A stretch of DNA of 63,555 nucleotides, the filler included, from Cercozoa sp. M6MM (Eukaryota > Protista > Endomyxa: Ascetosporea): NCBI GenBank assembly GCA_040357565.1. It is 6 parts of 6 records of this genome, joined end to end, with 100 filler letters (N's around TTAATTAATTAA, not from the genome) between each part and the next. Parts side by side here need not be neighbours in the genome. Positions count along the whole stretch, not along the records: positions 32,104 to 51,704 come from JBDODJ010000205.1; 5 more parts are not named here. The stretch is one strand, 5' to 3'. The translations under genes were made by a program, and so were the position numbers. Under the pieces are notes generated by a model that worked only from the letters and a program-made list of their open reading frames with translations, searched no databases and was not told the DNA's origin. Below are positions 34,636 through 47,349 of this stretch, in pieces; the first letter of the stretch is position 1, and each line of letters begins with the position of its first letter.

Positions 34636-36846
34636 ATGAGTGAGCTCGAGCAACAAGAGCGTATCTACGACGTTCTCGTGTACGGCGCGGTGAGTCTGTT
34701 CTTTTGGGGCCTTCGTTTTTGACTCATAGGTTAATATACTCTGTAAAATACTCTGTGCAGAGCGGCTTCACGGGCAAGCGCGTTGTGCGTCACCTCGCCA
34801 ACACGTATGGCGACCAGATTCGCTGGGCTGTCGGTGGCCGCACCCGAGCCAAGCTGGAGCATGTGGTACATGTGTTGCTTCACTCGTTAAACTTGTAGTT
34901 TCTTATCAATTGGTGTCATAGCTTCGCGCATTTGCTCCGGAGACGGACCCTGCCACGGTCGGCATTGTGGAAGTCGATGCTCTTGCACCAATGTACTTCC
35001 TTTTTGGTCTTGCTTAGGGTAGTTCAAACTGCTGTGTGCTACCAGGGCTACTCTCCGCGCGGCTCTCGGTCAGGCACGAGTTGTGATAAACTGTGTTGGT
35101 CCATTCCGTCACTTTGGCGAGCCGATCGTAGCTCTTGCTTCATCGTTCATGGGTTGTGCTTGCCTTATGCCGAAACCCCACAGGTTCACGCGTGTGTCTC
35201 TGCTGGAGTTGACTATGTTGACATCACGGGTATATCGTGTTCTGTATTGTTATACTGAATTCAAATGGTGTTTGCAGGTGAACCATCGTTCATGGACCGC
35301 ATGTGTTTGAACTACCACGAGCAAGCACAACGTCACGGAAGCATTGTGATCCATGGTGCGTTTCTTCTTTTGTTCTTTTGTTCTTTTGTTTTGTTGTTCT
35401 TTTGTTGTTCTTTTGCTGCTCTTGTTTGTGTTAGTAACTCATAGATTGTGTGGAAGTTTAGCTTGCGGTTTCGACTCGGTTCCGGCCGAGCTAGGTTGGC
35501 TTCTGTCGCTTCGTCGTGTACTTTCTCGTTAGCATGCTGTTAGCATGCTGTTATGCTGTTGTGGACTTGTGGACTTGTTGTTGGTGTGGCAGCACAAGTC
35601 GCAGTTCCCACATGGCGCTCTCCACACAGTGGACGGCTTCCTGCGCTACGCTCCCGAGGTGCCAATGAAGGTGCACGCAACCACGTACGAGTGTCTCGTC
35701 GAAGGCATCGCCGACATGAAGGGCGGCGCGCGCTTGCGTCGTCAGCTGCATGGTGCGGAGTTCTACCCGCCTGCACCGACTCGTGTGGTTGCTTTTCTTG
35801 CTGTCAAAACTTCCTGCTATCTGAACGAAGAACCACTCTCTTGCTTTCAGGGTCGTAAGCCGAAGAAACCGTCGATGCTTCCGTCGTTCGATAAGCGTAT
35901 CGGTCGGTATCGACGTTTTTAGTCTAAATGAAGGTCGCACTTATGACACACTGTAGTTGGACGATGCTGTTCCCGTTTGCGGATGCGTCGGTTGTGCGCA
36001 ATTCGCAGCGCTTCATCTCGCAGGCTGGTATTATTCCTTTAATAAGGGAATTTATGGGCTCTTTCATTCTCAAGTGTGTTGTCGCAGAGCGACAGCGCGG
36101 TCTCGGCGATGCTCCGGCCGATGTGGAGACGCTTGGGCCGCTGCCGTACTTTGGCGCCTTCATGACTGTAGACTTACCGTGTCGGAGTATTTGACAGCTT
36201 TCGCGAAAACAATGTGTTCGTGCGTAGTTCAACAACGTTGTGGCTGCCTGGGGTGCTTGGTTCTGGTTCCTGGCGCTCTTCATTCTCGCGAAATTCGCGC
36301 CGATGCGCCGCTTCCTGATCAAGAACCCGCGTTTGTGCACCTTTGGTACCCCAACATATTAAAATGCAAGTATATTAAAGTGATGGTATGAGGATCATAT
36401 TAGGCGTGTTCTCGCACGAGGGTCCGGATCAACACACGCTGGACCGCGCCTACCTGACGTACGACTTCTTTGGCCGCGGCTGGAAGAACACTGATGACGT
36501 GGCCGACAAACCCGATGCTGACATGCACTTGCGTCTCACGGTATGTCCCTTCTGTTCCTTTCTAAGATACACTTGGCTTTCTATACTCTTTGACGGTAGA
36601 TCCCTGAGCCGGGCTACGTCGCCACGCCCATGGCTGTTGTCGAGGCTGCCATGTAGCCTTTTGTTCGAGCGTGTAATGTTTGCCACTCACCGGATTAATG
36701 TGGCTGTGTTGGGACACAGGACTCTGCTGCAAGACCGTCCGCGCGACGTGGCTGGCGGTGTCTTCACGCCGACGGCTGCGCTGGCCAACACCTCGTTTGC
36801 CGACCGTCTGATTCAGCTGCCCGGCTGGCGTGTCGACTACCTGTAA
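34636..36846 (+). CDS. SCCPDH: Saccharopine dehydrogenase-like oxidoreductase
   Basis: YDVLVYGA|SGFTG, WAVGGRTRAKL, VINCVGPFRHFGEPI, YVDITG|EP, CGFDSVPAELG, FSHEGP, EPGY, GGVFTP. Confidence 0.93.
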
Positions 36847-37107
36847 TTTCGCGCATCAGGCACTGGACATCATCAGACGCGTTTTTCTTTTAAAACGTCC
36901 AAACTTAGCGCTGACACTAACTTGAGTCTAGTCAAACTCTCTAATATTTCAGAGTTCCTCAGACTACCCCGTCGGCAGCGGTTTTGAAGAAATGAGTTAA
37001 GGGTGCGAAACCCAGAATTGGAGGCTCCATAAAATTCCCAACTCTGTTCGTGACTAGGAAGCTAAGCCATTCCTGGATCCTTCTGTCGTGTTAACACGTA
37101 TGCACAC

Positions 37108-39883
37108 ATGCCAGCCACTTCAGATGAAACAAAACGATTTCTGCGCCTTGTGAAGCACAATTCATATGACGAAGTCAGCGAAATGTTGCGCGATTCTGCC
37201 GACCCTGCAGCCGTAGGTCAAAGTACGTGTTTCTTGTTCATAGCGAATTCGTGTAGTTGCTGAAAGCGACGAATTCGCGCGGCCAGAGCGCTGTACATCT
37301 ATCGGTCGTGCACGACGATGGCAGGATTCTAAAAATGCTGCTACGACACGGTAAACTCATGTCTGGTGAGTCTTGTTGGGACAGAAACTGAATGTGCTTA
37401 AAGGTGCCGATCCTCGAGGTTCGCGGAGTCGCAGGAAACGTCGTGTTGATTCGCCGCTTTTCGTGGCTTGTGCGATGCGACATGCACTGTGTACACCTGT
37501 TCAGCGGTGTGTTCATTTGTGCAGTGTACTTCTTTGTACTAACAGGTGCTGCAATGCTGGCGTCTCATCCGAAAATGCCGCTGACTTTTGAGTAAATTTT
37601 ATCGCACTTTAAAATAGCACTTGTGGGGTGACACACGTTATGAAAGGGAGTGTTGAGAATGGGGTCAAACGATAAAGTTGAGAAAGGCGTAATTGACCTA
37701 TTTTGCAGTGGCAGCGTTCGAAGGCGACGTCTATCTGTTGCTTCCTGTGATTCTGAGGTACCTTTCGTATCGTTGCTCGTGCAGAGACAGCTCTACACAT
37801 CTTGCTGTAGGAACAAGAGGAACAGCTGGAGGAAGCTCCTTTGTGTCAACTTGTGTCGGCACAATTCAGTGCAGCTGTTCGGCAGTACACTTCGCAGGTT
37901 TTATCTCACTTTTCTGTTGCAACTTGTGTTGGTACCTTGTGATGTTGATTCAGTTGGAAGAAGGCGTTCTGAGGCGTTTGCTGCTGCACACTTTGCCATT
38001 GCACGTCGCCATCCTTTCTGTACTTTTCGTTTTTCGTAATCTAAAGTTGTGGAGCTTTGTTTTAACTGTTCGTTTTTAGCCCGAGTGCGAAATTGCAACA
38101 GTGGAAGCTTGCATCAGCGCGTGTCAGCGTGCCCACTTGCCGCTTTCACATCTCGCTGGTACCTCACAGATACATATCTGTGATACGTCTGTAGGACTTG
38201 CTTTGTGCAGATAACATGGGCAATACTGCGCTTCACTTGGCTGCACAGGTTATTTTTCTTTTTTGCATTTGATGTCGATCTGCGCGGATGTTTGAACAGA
38301 AAGGTGACCTTTCGGTGGTGCGGTTGTTGTTGGAAAATGACCCGTCGCTCTTGCACGCTAAAAGTACTGTTGGTTTTGGTCTCAATTTTGCTCGCTTTAC
38401 CTCTTCTTGATCCTTTTTTCAGACACGTCGAATGAGACGGCTCTGCATTTAGCATCGGATCATTTGATGAGTGCGCCGCACCTGTGCATGCAACTTTCCA
38501 CCGCGCTTACTACCACGAATGCGCACAATGACACGATGCACAATATTTGTTCTTTCGGTACTTAGTGTATTTTTCACATTTTGCTTCTGCGCGGAAGTGT
38601 TTTTTCTTCAGATTCATCGATCGAGGAAGCGAAAGAACCGCTTGAAATTGAGCAGCAATCTCGTGATGAAATCGACGTTGAGCGACATGAGGCTGAGCTT
38701 CGTCAGCAACTTGAGATACTCGAGAAACAGGTACTTTGCCCTTGCTTTCATTTCAACTGTTGCTTAAAACTTTCATATTGATGAGTACAACTTTTTGTGT
38801 TAAAAGAGAGAGCGAGAACGACAAGAGCGAAAGCGACGTGAGCGACTCCAAAAGCTGCGCAAGAAGCTTCGCTACGTTCGCGCTCGTTTTCGAGATTCGC
38901 GTGTTGCCGAAACGTTGAACGATCTGGCTTGTTCATTGTACTCTGCTTTCTTTCGAACTCGTGTACTGCCGAGAATACATGTGTTTGTTTGCAGAGGCAG
39001 TGATGAAGAGATGCAACTTGGAGTGTTCGAACAGTTCTTGTCGTTGCGCAAGTGCAGCTTTTTGGAGCGTAACCTTGTTTGATGTCAGTATGATTGTTTA
39101 TACAGCTTTAACTGTGCAGTTGTCAAGCACGTGCAAGAAGGCCACAAGGCAGTGCCGTTTTTGGAACGACTACAGCCGATGCTGGAACATATAGATCTTC
39201 CTTCTGAAGACGGTAGACACTAAACTGCGTTTAAATCGTATTGTGTTGATGCGTTGTGTTTTTGTGCAGAGAATGAGGAGGAGGAACAGCAGGCACATGA
39301 CCCTTTGGACGAAGGCACTGCTCTGTGGCTCCGTGCGAACAACGTACTTTCAGCCTTTTGCGACATAGTATATTAGTTTGGATTGTCTGATTAAATTGAG
39401 TTCAATTGCAGCTAGAGCACTTGAGCCGTATCTTCAGTCAACGTGCGCTTTGCATGCGCCATCTCCCACATCTCACAATGGTAAACCCGAGTTCAAACTC
39501 CCTAGGGTAGCTTTCGTTTTGCAACCACCGATGTTGATGTTAGTCTCGCATTCGAAACTTCTTCAGCGATTCACAAGACCGGTGAGTTTAGTTTGCGTCG
39601 TGTGAATGTGGTGCTTTAGAAGTTATGTTGCTTTCGCAGAGAAAAAGTGTACGAAGCCGTGCAACGGTTGCGTCAAGAAACTCGCGAAATGCGTCGCGAG
39701 CAGCATGCCGCGCAGCGGCTCGAAGAAGTCCAGGAAGCACGACCTGCAGCAGCTGCTGCAGTCTCGCAAAGACGCGGTTTTATGTGCGAGTGGATCGCGC
39801 TTTTCGTGCTGTTTGCCGCCATTGCAATCTCCTACTTGGAGTATCGCAACGGTTCGCGCTCGTCGCGCTCGTCGTCGCGTTAG
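37108..39883 (+). CDS. Ankyrin-repeat, coiled-coil, SAM-like protein with C-terminal TM anchor
   Basis: GQSAVHL...LKMLLRHG|ADP, GNTALHLAA, GDLSVVRLLLE and ETALHLAS ankyrin motifs. WLRANN|LEHLSRIF is SAM-like. Terminal hydrophobic helix WIALFVLFAAIAISYL with a basic tail. Confidence 0.7.
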
Positions 39884-40173
39884 TTTCGTTTGGACCTGGC
39901 TGAATGGCAGCGCAACCCCTCCGACTGTCGCGGTTTCTCGTTTTAGATTAAGAGTCGAGTCTGGGGCGGTCCGATCAAGCAAGACTGGACACGCGAGGCC
40001 TAGGCGCAGAATGTCTGCGTCTGGTCGCGAAACGATCGGTACCGGGTGTCAACGCAGCGCAGAGCGCTACACAAAGTGTAATTTCGATACAAATAGCAAT
40101 CGCTTGCGTATTGTTTAAACCTAACCGAATCAGCTCGGAATCAACGAGCTAGCGAACCGATGGAGTCATCACA

Positions 40174-42999
40174 ATGAGTCGAGTTGAGTTTGACACGAAC
40201 AAGTTCAGTTGGTATTTTCGCAGAGGAATACGGCAAAGCGAAACAATTTGAGGTTTTAAGGCGTCTTGCAGCATCGAACAGTCTTAGTGCACGCTCAGCC
40301 GAGATGTTGACACGTTGCAATGCGCTACTGCAGGAATTGGTGGGCTTAATGCCATTAACACGTGCGAGTCAGTCCAGTTTTGGGAGCGCTGACGGGACCG
40401 AGGCAGTTGTGCCGCACTGGGCTGAGCTGCTGCTCGTACTCAGTGAACACTTTGAGGAGCATGGTCACACTCTAAAGTCGGTGTTTGAGCCGAGTTTGCA
40501 GAAGCCCGTATTTTTGCTGGCCAGTGTGACCAGCGATAGTGTTAGAGATGCAGTCCAGCAGCGTTTTGGGACGCGATGCGCGTGGCTTATGCTGGCTTCC
40601 ATTGTGCTCAAGCAGTTTGCTTCGTTTCTGGACGAGATCGATGCAGCGACGATACAAAATTTATCTTACTCGCGTTTGCTGCCCTTTGTCAGAAAACTGG
40701 TAAAGTTCGACCAATTTTTCGCCGAGGGTTGCTTCCTTTAATTTGTTTGCTCTAGGCGGAAGACGATACTTATGGTTTCTTTGACCTGATGGACTTTGAA
40801 GAGTCACGCAACTCTGGGTTCTTTCTCGCTATCTGCAGCGAAATCTTCGACGAACATGCGAAACAACTCGCGGAAGGAAACTACTGTGATCGAGGCTTTG
40901 CGTCTGACATTTTGCGGTGTTTTGTTGCAAGGGACGTAAAAACTCACGAGCAAGGAAGTCAAGAGTACTTTCAAAGTCAGCTGCAGAAACATCGCAGCAT
41001 CCTGGTTGAGCTGTTCGAGAATCAGTTTGAGTTTTGTCACAACGACAGCGCAAAAAACTGCGCTGAACTGCGCAAACTGCGAACGAGGACTCCTTCGCTC
41101 CAAGAGGCCGAACACGTGCTTGCTTCGTGCTTGCTCGTCACTGAACGTTTGACTGGAGCAGGCACACGTCGTCAGCACCGTCGACGACTCAGTTCAGTGT
41201 CGAGTTCGAGTGACCTGTGCTACAATTGCACAACAGAGGAAATGCGTGCGCTAATTCAGCACGCTAATGCACTCGTGGAAGTCACTGCATTCCAGCTTCT
41301 TTCGAAATTCAAACAACTTATCTTTCCGATCCGGTGGACGGATTGATAGTTAACCTTTTCAGTCTTGGTAGGATTCCGCTGTTCGAGACTACCTCAACTT
41401 GAGTGCAAAAACGCTGCTCGGCGATGTTCTACCGCGACACGTCGAAGTGTTCCATCAGAACTCGAAGCGCTTCGAGCCGTGGCAACATTTGATTGCTGTG
41501 TGTATGGGGGCTGTCAACTGTCTACCGTCCGAAAGCATCAGCTTTCACAAGAAGCACCAAATAGCACCGAATCCCCGATATGTCGAAAGAAACGTGCCTC
41601 CGATTGAAATTGACGATATGAATGCACCGAACTTGTCGCAGCAGCCGAAATTTGCGAAAAGAAGAACGCGTTCGCAAATACTCGGAGAAGAAATTGAACC
41701 GCTGCGGTTGGATTTCGAGTCACTGTCAACTGACAGCTGCAATCCAGATACCGAAAAGAGCGAACTGAAACAATGTGGCATCGTTGAAGACCACGCTCTG
41801 GTGATTCAACTGGCGACTTTCGAAGTGAAACGATGTCACAGTCGCTTTTTCTGCTGGCAGTCGTTGTTCTCGTCGATGCGTGGTCGCCTGCCGCCGAAGC
41901 TGCGTTGTGCCTGGGCATCTTCAATGTGGTACGGAGCACTGCATGTGCTGACTCGCAAGGATTCATTAACGCCAATCGAAGAAATCGAAGAAGCGTTTGA
42001 AGTAGTATCCCAGGCGCTGCAGTTGCTGTTCATGCAGTGCACACGAGGAGACGAACGGAGAATTCGCATATTGGACAGCTTTCGACAACATGAGAAAATC
42101 CTCCACATTGCCAAGTCACAAAAGCTACCTCCGATTGCTGTATTCGAACACACGCGAAGTGAGACCTTTGTTGATGCTTCTCAGTGCGAACACCTGCTGC
42201 TGCAGTTTCCGCAATTGTTGGGACACTTGCACAGCGATTTCGGGGCCGCCAATCACGATGCAAGCGCTTCGATACTACAGGCGTCGTTGAAGCCAAAGAT
42301 GACGCGACTAGGCACTGAGTACAAATGCCTTTTGTCGCTCTCGACTCTGGTGCGGACTCTCGCTTTCCACGGCGGTGTGATTCGAGCTCCGTGTCCTCGC
42401 TCGCAAAGCAATCGTCTCGCCTTCCTTCTGGCCGATAGTTCCATCTTTCCGGAGGTAACTCGGCTCTGGCATTAGCATGCTCTATTGGCACTAGGAATAC
42501 TGAAACGATACGATAGGTTTGTCTCGGGCACTTTGTGTCGCTTCGCACCCGGAACCGCATCGCACGTGCGCTTGTCGATGTGTGGCTCAGCTACGGCTCT
42601 CCGCGCCTGATGTGGGACATTGCGGCGTCGTTGAAAAACATCGATCCGTCGAAATCGTGCCTGTCTAGAACGGATGAAACTAAGGTGGACGTCCTTGCGG
42701 CACGCAGACGCGAAGTGGCCGACATCGAGCAAGCACTGCGTCGCTCGCATGACGCATGCAGGTTTGTTCCTTGGTAAGCCTTGCTTCCTTCTTCTGTTGT
42801 CGGTACTTGGCTACGAGGGTGCAGAAAGAAGAAGGTGTTGCAAGTGAAGTCGCTCTTCTCGGGCAAGTTGGGCTACAAACTGCACCTCGACGTGCTGGAC
42901 AACGTGCTAGTTGGCTACTGCATCGGTGATGAAGCACGACACCGCGGAAGTGACTTCCAGGCAGCTCTGCATCGTATCTTTGACTTCAGCTTGTCTTAG
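40174..42999 (+). CDS. Large hypothetical protein (about 800 aa, few short introns)
   Basis: Five long same-strand ORFs (40184-42999) linked by short GT-AG gaps. No family recognised; start uncertain. Confidence 0.65.
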
Positions 43000-43177
43000 C
43001 ATTCTGTCGTTACCGTCCTTGATTCTTTATCGTATTCTGTACTGCTAGGGGTTGCACGTGCCTTCCTGCCGCCGCTATTATTGGAAGAGTAGCGTATCCT
43101 CGTCTCAGGTTTAGCGTAGACGTCTCGATTGCCAGCGCAGTAAACTGAGAGCCGGTAGGACGAGGAGTCGAGTCAAG

Positions 43178-44897
43178 CTAAAAGTAGTTGGTACTAGCAG
43201 ACTTGTTCATGACCCGTACGCGACGACCGACGTGACTGGCGCGATGCCCGGGTCGTTGTTGTTGCGAGTTGGAATGCAGACGACTGTGACTCCCGTAGGC
43301 GTTGCTAGTGCGGACGTAGTGTGGGTGCTGTCTTTGCCGACTCGCACGTTCGCCACGTCGTTGAGGAGAGCGCGATTTCTTCTTTCCCTGGGTGCCAACA
43401 GAGCGCGTGTCACCCAAAGGACCGCACTGTACAGACACAAAAGGCATACAAAAAGTGCAGCACAAAACAAATAAGTTTACCGAATCGGTCCGCCTCAGCC
43501 GGCGCTGGCGAAGATCACGTTTTCGTGCAACAATGTGTCGATACAACTGATCGCGATACTCCGCGACAGTGAAGCGTCGATTGTCGTCCATCGGCAGCGT
43601 GATGTGCTTGTCACACGTCAACACAGCGCCACTCTGCGCCTTCTCGGCGTCATAAAATTGCCGTACGTATGGATGCCTCAGAGCCTCCTCGGCAGAAGGA
43701 CGTTTCTGTGGGTTCAGTTGCAGCAACTGGCGCAACAAATCGAGTGCTTCGAGAGGTGCACCAGGAAACATATCTCGGAACGACCTACAGATTGCACATA
43801 CTGGCGCACACATCAGAAACTTATTTTCAGTCAACGCACCTTGGCTTTGAACATGAAATCGAGTCCAACATGGTCCTAGCATAGGGGGAGTGCATTGCTT
43901 TCGTGTCAGCTTCCGTTGGCCTCCTGAAACAAGAGACTTAACACCCTTGGCACAAAGAAAGACAACGACATACCCACAAGTGCTAAGCACACGGTCGAGT
44001 TGATTGAGTGTAGATGTGCCAGGGAACATTGGCCTGCCACCAAGGAGCTCACCGAGAACACAACCGAGAGACCACATGTCGACGCCTTTCGTGTAGCGCG
44101 TGCTTCCGAGCAAGATTTCGGGCGCTCGGTACCAGCGCGTGGCCACGTAGTCCGTGAGCACGGCGCCGCAGTCGGGCGAGTTGCCATTGATCGGGTCGTG
44201 TTGTGACTGTGAGTGTTGCGTTGAAGGCGAGCCACTGTGCTGAGTTGTCGTAGACGGAGGAGGCGAGTCTGCACACACAAAGAGTTTAAGTGAAAGGAAA
44301 GACACAAAAAGGTAAGATATACCAGTCGAACGCGGCAAGGAACGAAGCGAGCGAGCTAGGCCAAAGTCGCACAGCTTCAGCTGGCAGTCCGCGTTCAGTA
44401 AGAGATTGCTCGGCTTGAGATCCCGATGAAGCAGATCGGCCGAGTGCAGGTAGCACAAAACCTTCAATGTCTGGAAGATTATATACCGCCGATGCACGTC
44501 CTGCAAAATGCCAGCTCGAATCACGGCGTGCAGGTCCGTCTCCATGTACTCGAACACGAGGTAGAGATCGCGATCGTTCTCGGCGCGCATCACGTTGAGC
44601 AGCCGCACGACGTTCTCATGACCAGCAAGCTCTTGCAGAAGCATCACCTCGCGAAAGGTTCGCTGCGCATCGGTCGCGTTCTGAAAGGCATCGAATATCT
44701 TCTTCAATGCCACCACTCGTCGCGTCTTTCGCTCAACGGCCTTCCACACTGTAGCAAACACCACAGTAAGTAAACGAATCCAAAAAGTAGAAAACGCTAA
44801 AAATCCCCGAAAACATACCAATGCCATAAGCTCCCCGCCCGAGTCGCTGCGATATCTCATACTTGCGAAGAACATGCGTCTCGATTTCGTCTGACAT
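43178..44897 (-). CDS. MAPK15: Mitogen-activated protein kinase 15 (ERK7/8)
   Basis: MSDEIETHVLRKYEISQRLGRGAYGI|VWKA, VALKKIFDAFQNATDAQRTFRE, HRDLKPSN, DFGLAR, TDYVATRWYRAPE. Confidence 0.95.
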
Positions 44898-45415
44898 GTG
44901 GCACCCGTTGCTCGCTCACGTCCGGCTTCCGAAAAGAACCCGCACTCAAATATTCACTCACAAGGGAGACACACGCGCTTCACGTGCGTGCAACTGAATG
45001 CACCAAGAGCGAGAAAGCAGCGTCGCGTGCAATTCGAGTCAGTTTCAAGCCAGGTTGGGCAAGGTCAAGCCGAGGCAAGTCGGACTTTCCACGCCACGGG
45101 TTAGCAGGACTCTGCACACGCTAAGACGCACTTAACCTCGGCATCTTATTCGTCGAGACGTAGCCCAGATCTAATGAGAAACGCTGGCCAAAGTCTGTCA
45201 AAATGCATGACCTGTGAAAAACCACAAAACAATATTTATTGAATTTGGTTTAGAAGACGATCATACACACAACATATCTTTGTATAACAGCGGCACACGT
45301 TTGCGCACGAGAAATGTGCTAAACAAATCAGACTGGAGCGCCGGCACACGAAAAAATACCAAAAAGTCAAAAATACAAAACCCGCCAAACTTCGTTTTTC
45401 GACTTTGTCACCCAG

Positions 45416-46396
45416 ATGCGCAAGTCCCGCAACTCCTGTAGGTTCTCCCGTTCGATTCGCGCGTTTGTCGTTTTTGGGCGAATTTTCGCTGCCGAAAGTC
45501 TGTCCTGGGCGCTCGTTGGTCGCTATTGCGCGCAACAGTGCCAGGGCCCAGGCAGATTGCAGCAAGTGCACGCTGTGCGCTAGCAGGCGATTTGGCGATT
45601 TGGACGAAAAAAGTTTGTGTCGTGTGCACGCTCGTCCTATGTGTTGAGAGCGTTGGTATGCTGTGTTTTATCCAATATGTGTGCGTTTGGTGAGCAGTCC
45701 TGATCCCGGGTGTGCCGGCTCTGTCGCGCACCAAGGCCGCCAAGCTTTCGGGCCGCGGCAAGGCCGCCAAGACGGCGCGCTTCGAGAAGAAGGCGGTGGC
45801 TAAGGCCGCCACGGGCAAGTACCCGGCGCACGACCAGAAGGTGCGTCTCAACACGCGCAAGCGCAACGCCAAGCCGAGCAAGAAGGCCGCCAAGATCGCC
45901 GCCGGTGACGTGCTCATCCTGCTCGCTGGCCGTTTCGCCGGCAAGAAGGTCGTGGCTCTCAAGCCGCTCGCCAACGGCACGGTGCTGGTGTCTGGCCCGT
46001 TCAAGCTGAACGGTGTGCCGCTCCGCATGGTCAACCCGGCTTACGTGATCCGCACGTCGGTCAACGTTGAGGTTGGTGCCGCCCTCGACAAGGTCGCCTC
46101 GGTCGACGTCTCCTTCTTCGCCAAGGACAAGGTAGCCTCGTCACTACCTCCCCTTCTCCTTCCCCTTGCCTGTGTATGGCATGTGCTCGTTGTGTCCTCA
46201 GTCGTTCAAGAAGACCTCGAAGTTCCTCGAGACGGAGGTCGCCAAGAACGAGCTCCCCGAGGCCAAGAAGGCGCTCCAGAAGGAGGTCGACGCCGAGCTC
46301 GTCAAGGGCGTCAAGGCTGTGCCGCAGCTCGGTGCCTACTTGAAGGCCAAGTTCTCGCTCTCGGCCGGCCAGTACCCGCACCTCATGAAGTTCTAA
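45416..46396 (+). CDS. RPL6: 60S ribosomal protein L6 (eL6)
   Basis: MRKSRNS|[59 protein letters not shown]. Confidence 0.97.
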
Positions 46397-46547
46397 CTAA
46401 ACCGACTGAACTGCTGCTGCCGTCGTGTGTGTTGACTCGCATCTTTTAGGGAACGTTGAAAAACAACTTATTTTGATTTTGGCCTGCCACCCTCAAGTCA
46501 GTTAATGTCATCTTGGTCCGCTGACGGCTCGTATCTTGATAAGTTCT

Positions 46548-46965
46548 GAATGGCAAAGAACTGCTTCTCATGGAGTCCTTCCTCTCAGACAGAACCATCT
46601 CGGTGAGAAGAAACGACACCGAAGCAACGGACAAACCAGTCAACGGCAGTACTCCCCAAGGGGCCATCTGCAGCCCACTACTCGCAAAGACCTTCCTCGA
46701 TGACATGCACATACAACTGCAAAGAACAGGAGATCACATGAAACGACCCCCGTAATTATAAAATACGCCGATGACTCATACGTCATAGTAAGGACAACAA
46801 AAAGATCAGACATCAGGAAGCGTGTAGGCGCCTCCTGGACACAGCCACCACCTGGGCAACGGCATGGAATTTGCACCCGCAAAGACTCAGTTCTTCCAAC
46901 TGGGAAAGGAGATCAGAGACCTCAAAATCATGACCGGAGAACTTCAACGACTTGTGGTATGGACT
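46548..46965 (+). mobile_element. Decayed non-LTR (LINE-type) retrotransposon reverse transcriptase fragment
   Basis: SFLSDRTISV...TPQGAICSPLL...FLDD, then after a frameshift IIKYADD, then after further shifts LLDTATTWA and NGMEFAPAKTQF. These are RT domains 4-6 in order, broken by about three frameshifts. Confidence 0.85.
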
Positions 46966-47349
46966 ATGCTCTTCCCTGTCGCTTGGGCTCCGAGTGGTTT
47001 CGGAGTAGTCAGCACCATCGATATCTTGCAACACCGTTGCGAAGTTCTCTACCACATGTGGACTCGACGTGCGTAATTTACGTACCGATGCAGCGTTTCG
47101 AGCAGAACGGTTTTGATTGCGCTCGAAGCTATCGGCCTCGTCGTCGTCAACTTCCTCAAACTGCACCGACTGTGGTAGACGGACACGCTTGCATTTGAAG
47201 CGTGGATCGATTTCAGCTCCCACCAAATTAAGGTTTGATGCCTTGCCTTTATCTGCGCATCGAAAGGTCGATTATTTCGTGGAACTAACCCTAATTTGGT
47301 GGTAAGTTTAGAAAAAAACTTTAGGTTACTGTAGGAAGAAACTGTAAAT

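Noticed and set aside
47285-47294. Telomeric CTAACCCTAA seed
   Set aside because: Fewer than two units, which is expected by chance. The TACCCC runs elsewhere are irregular and intronic, not telomeric arrays.
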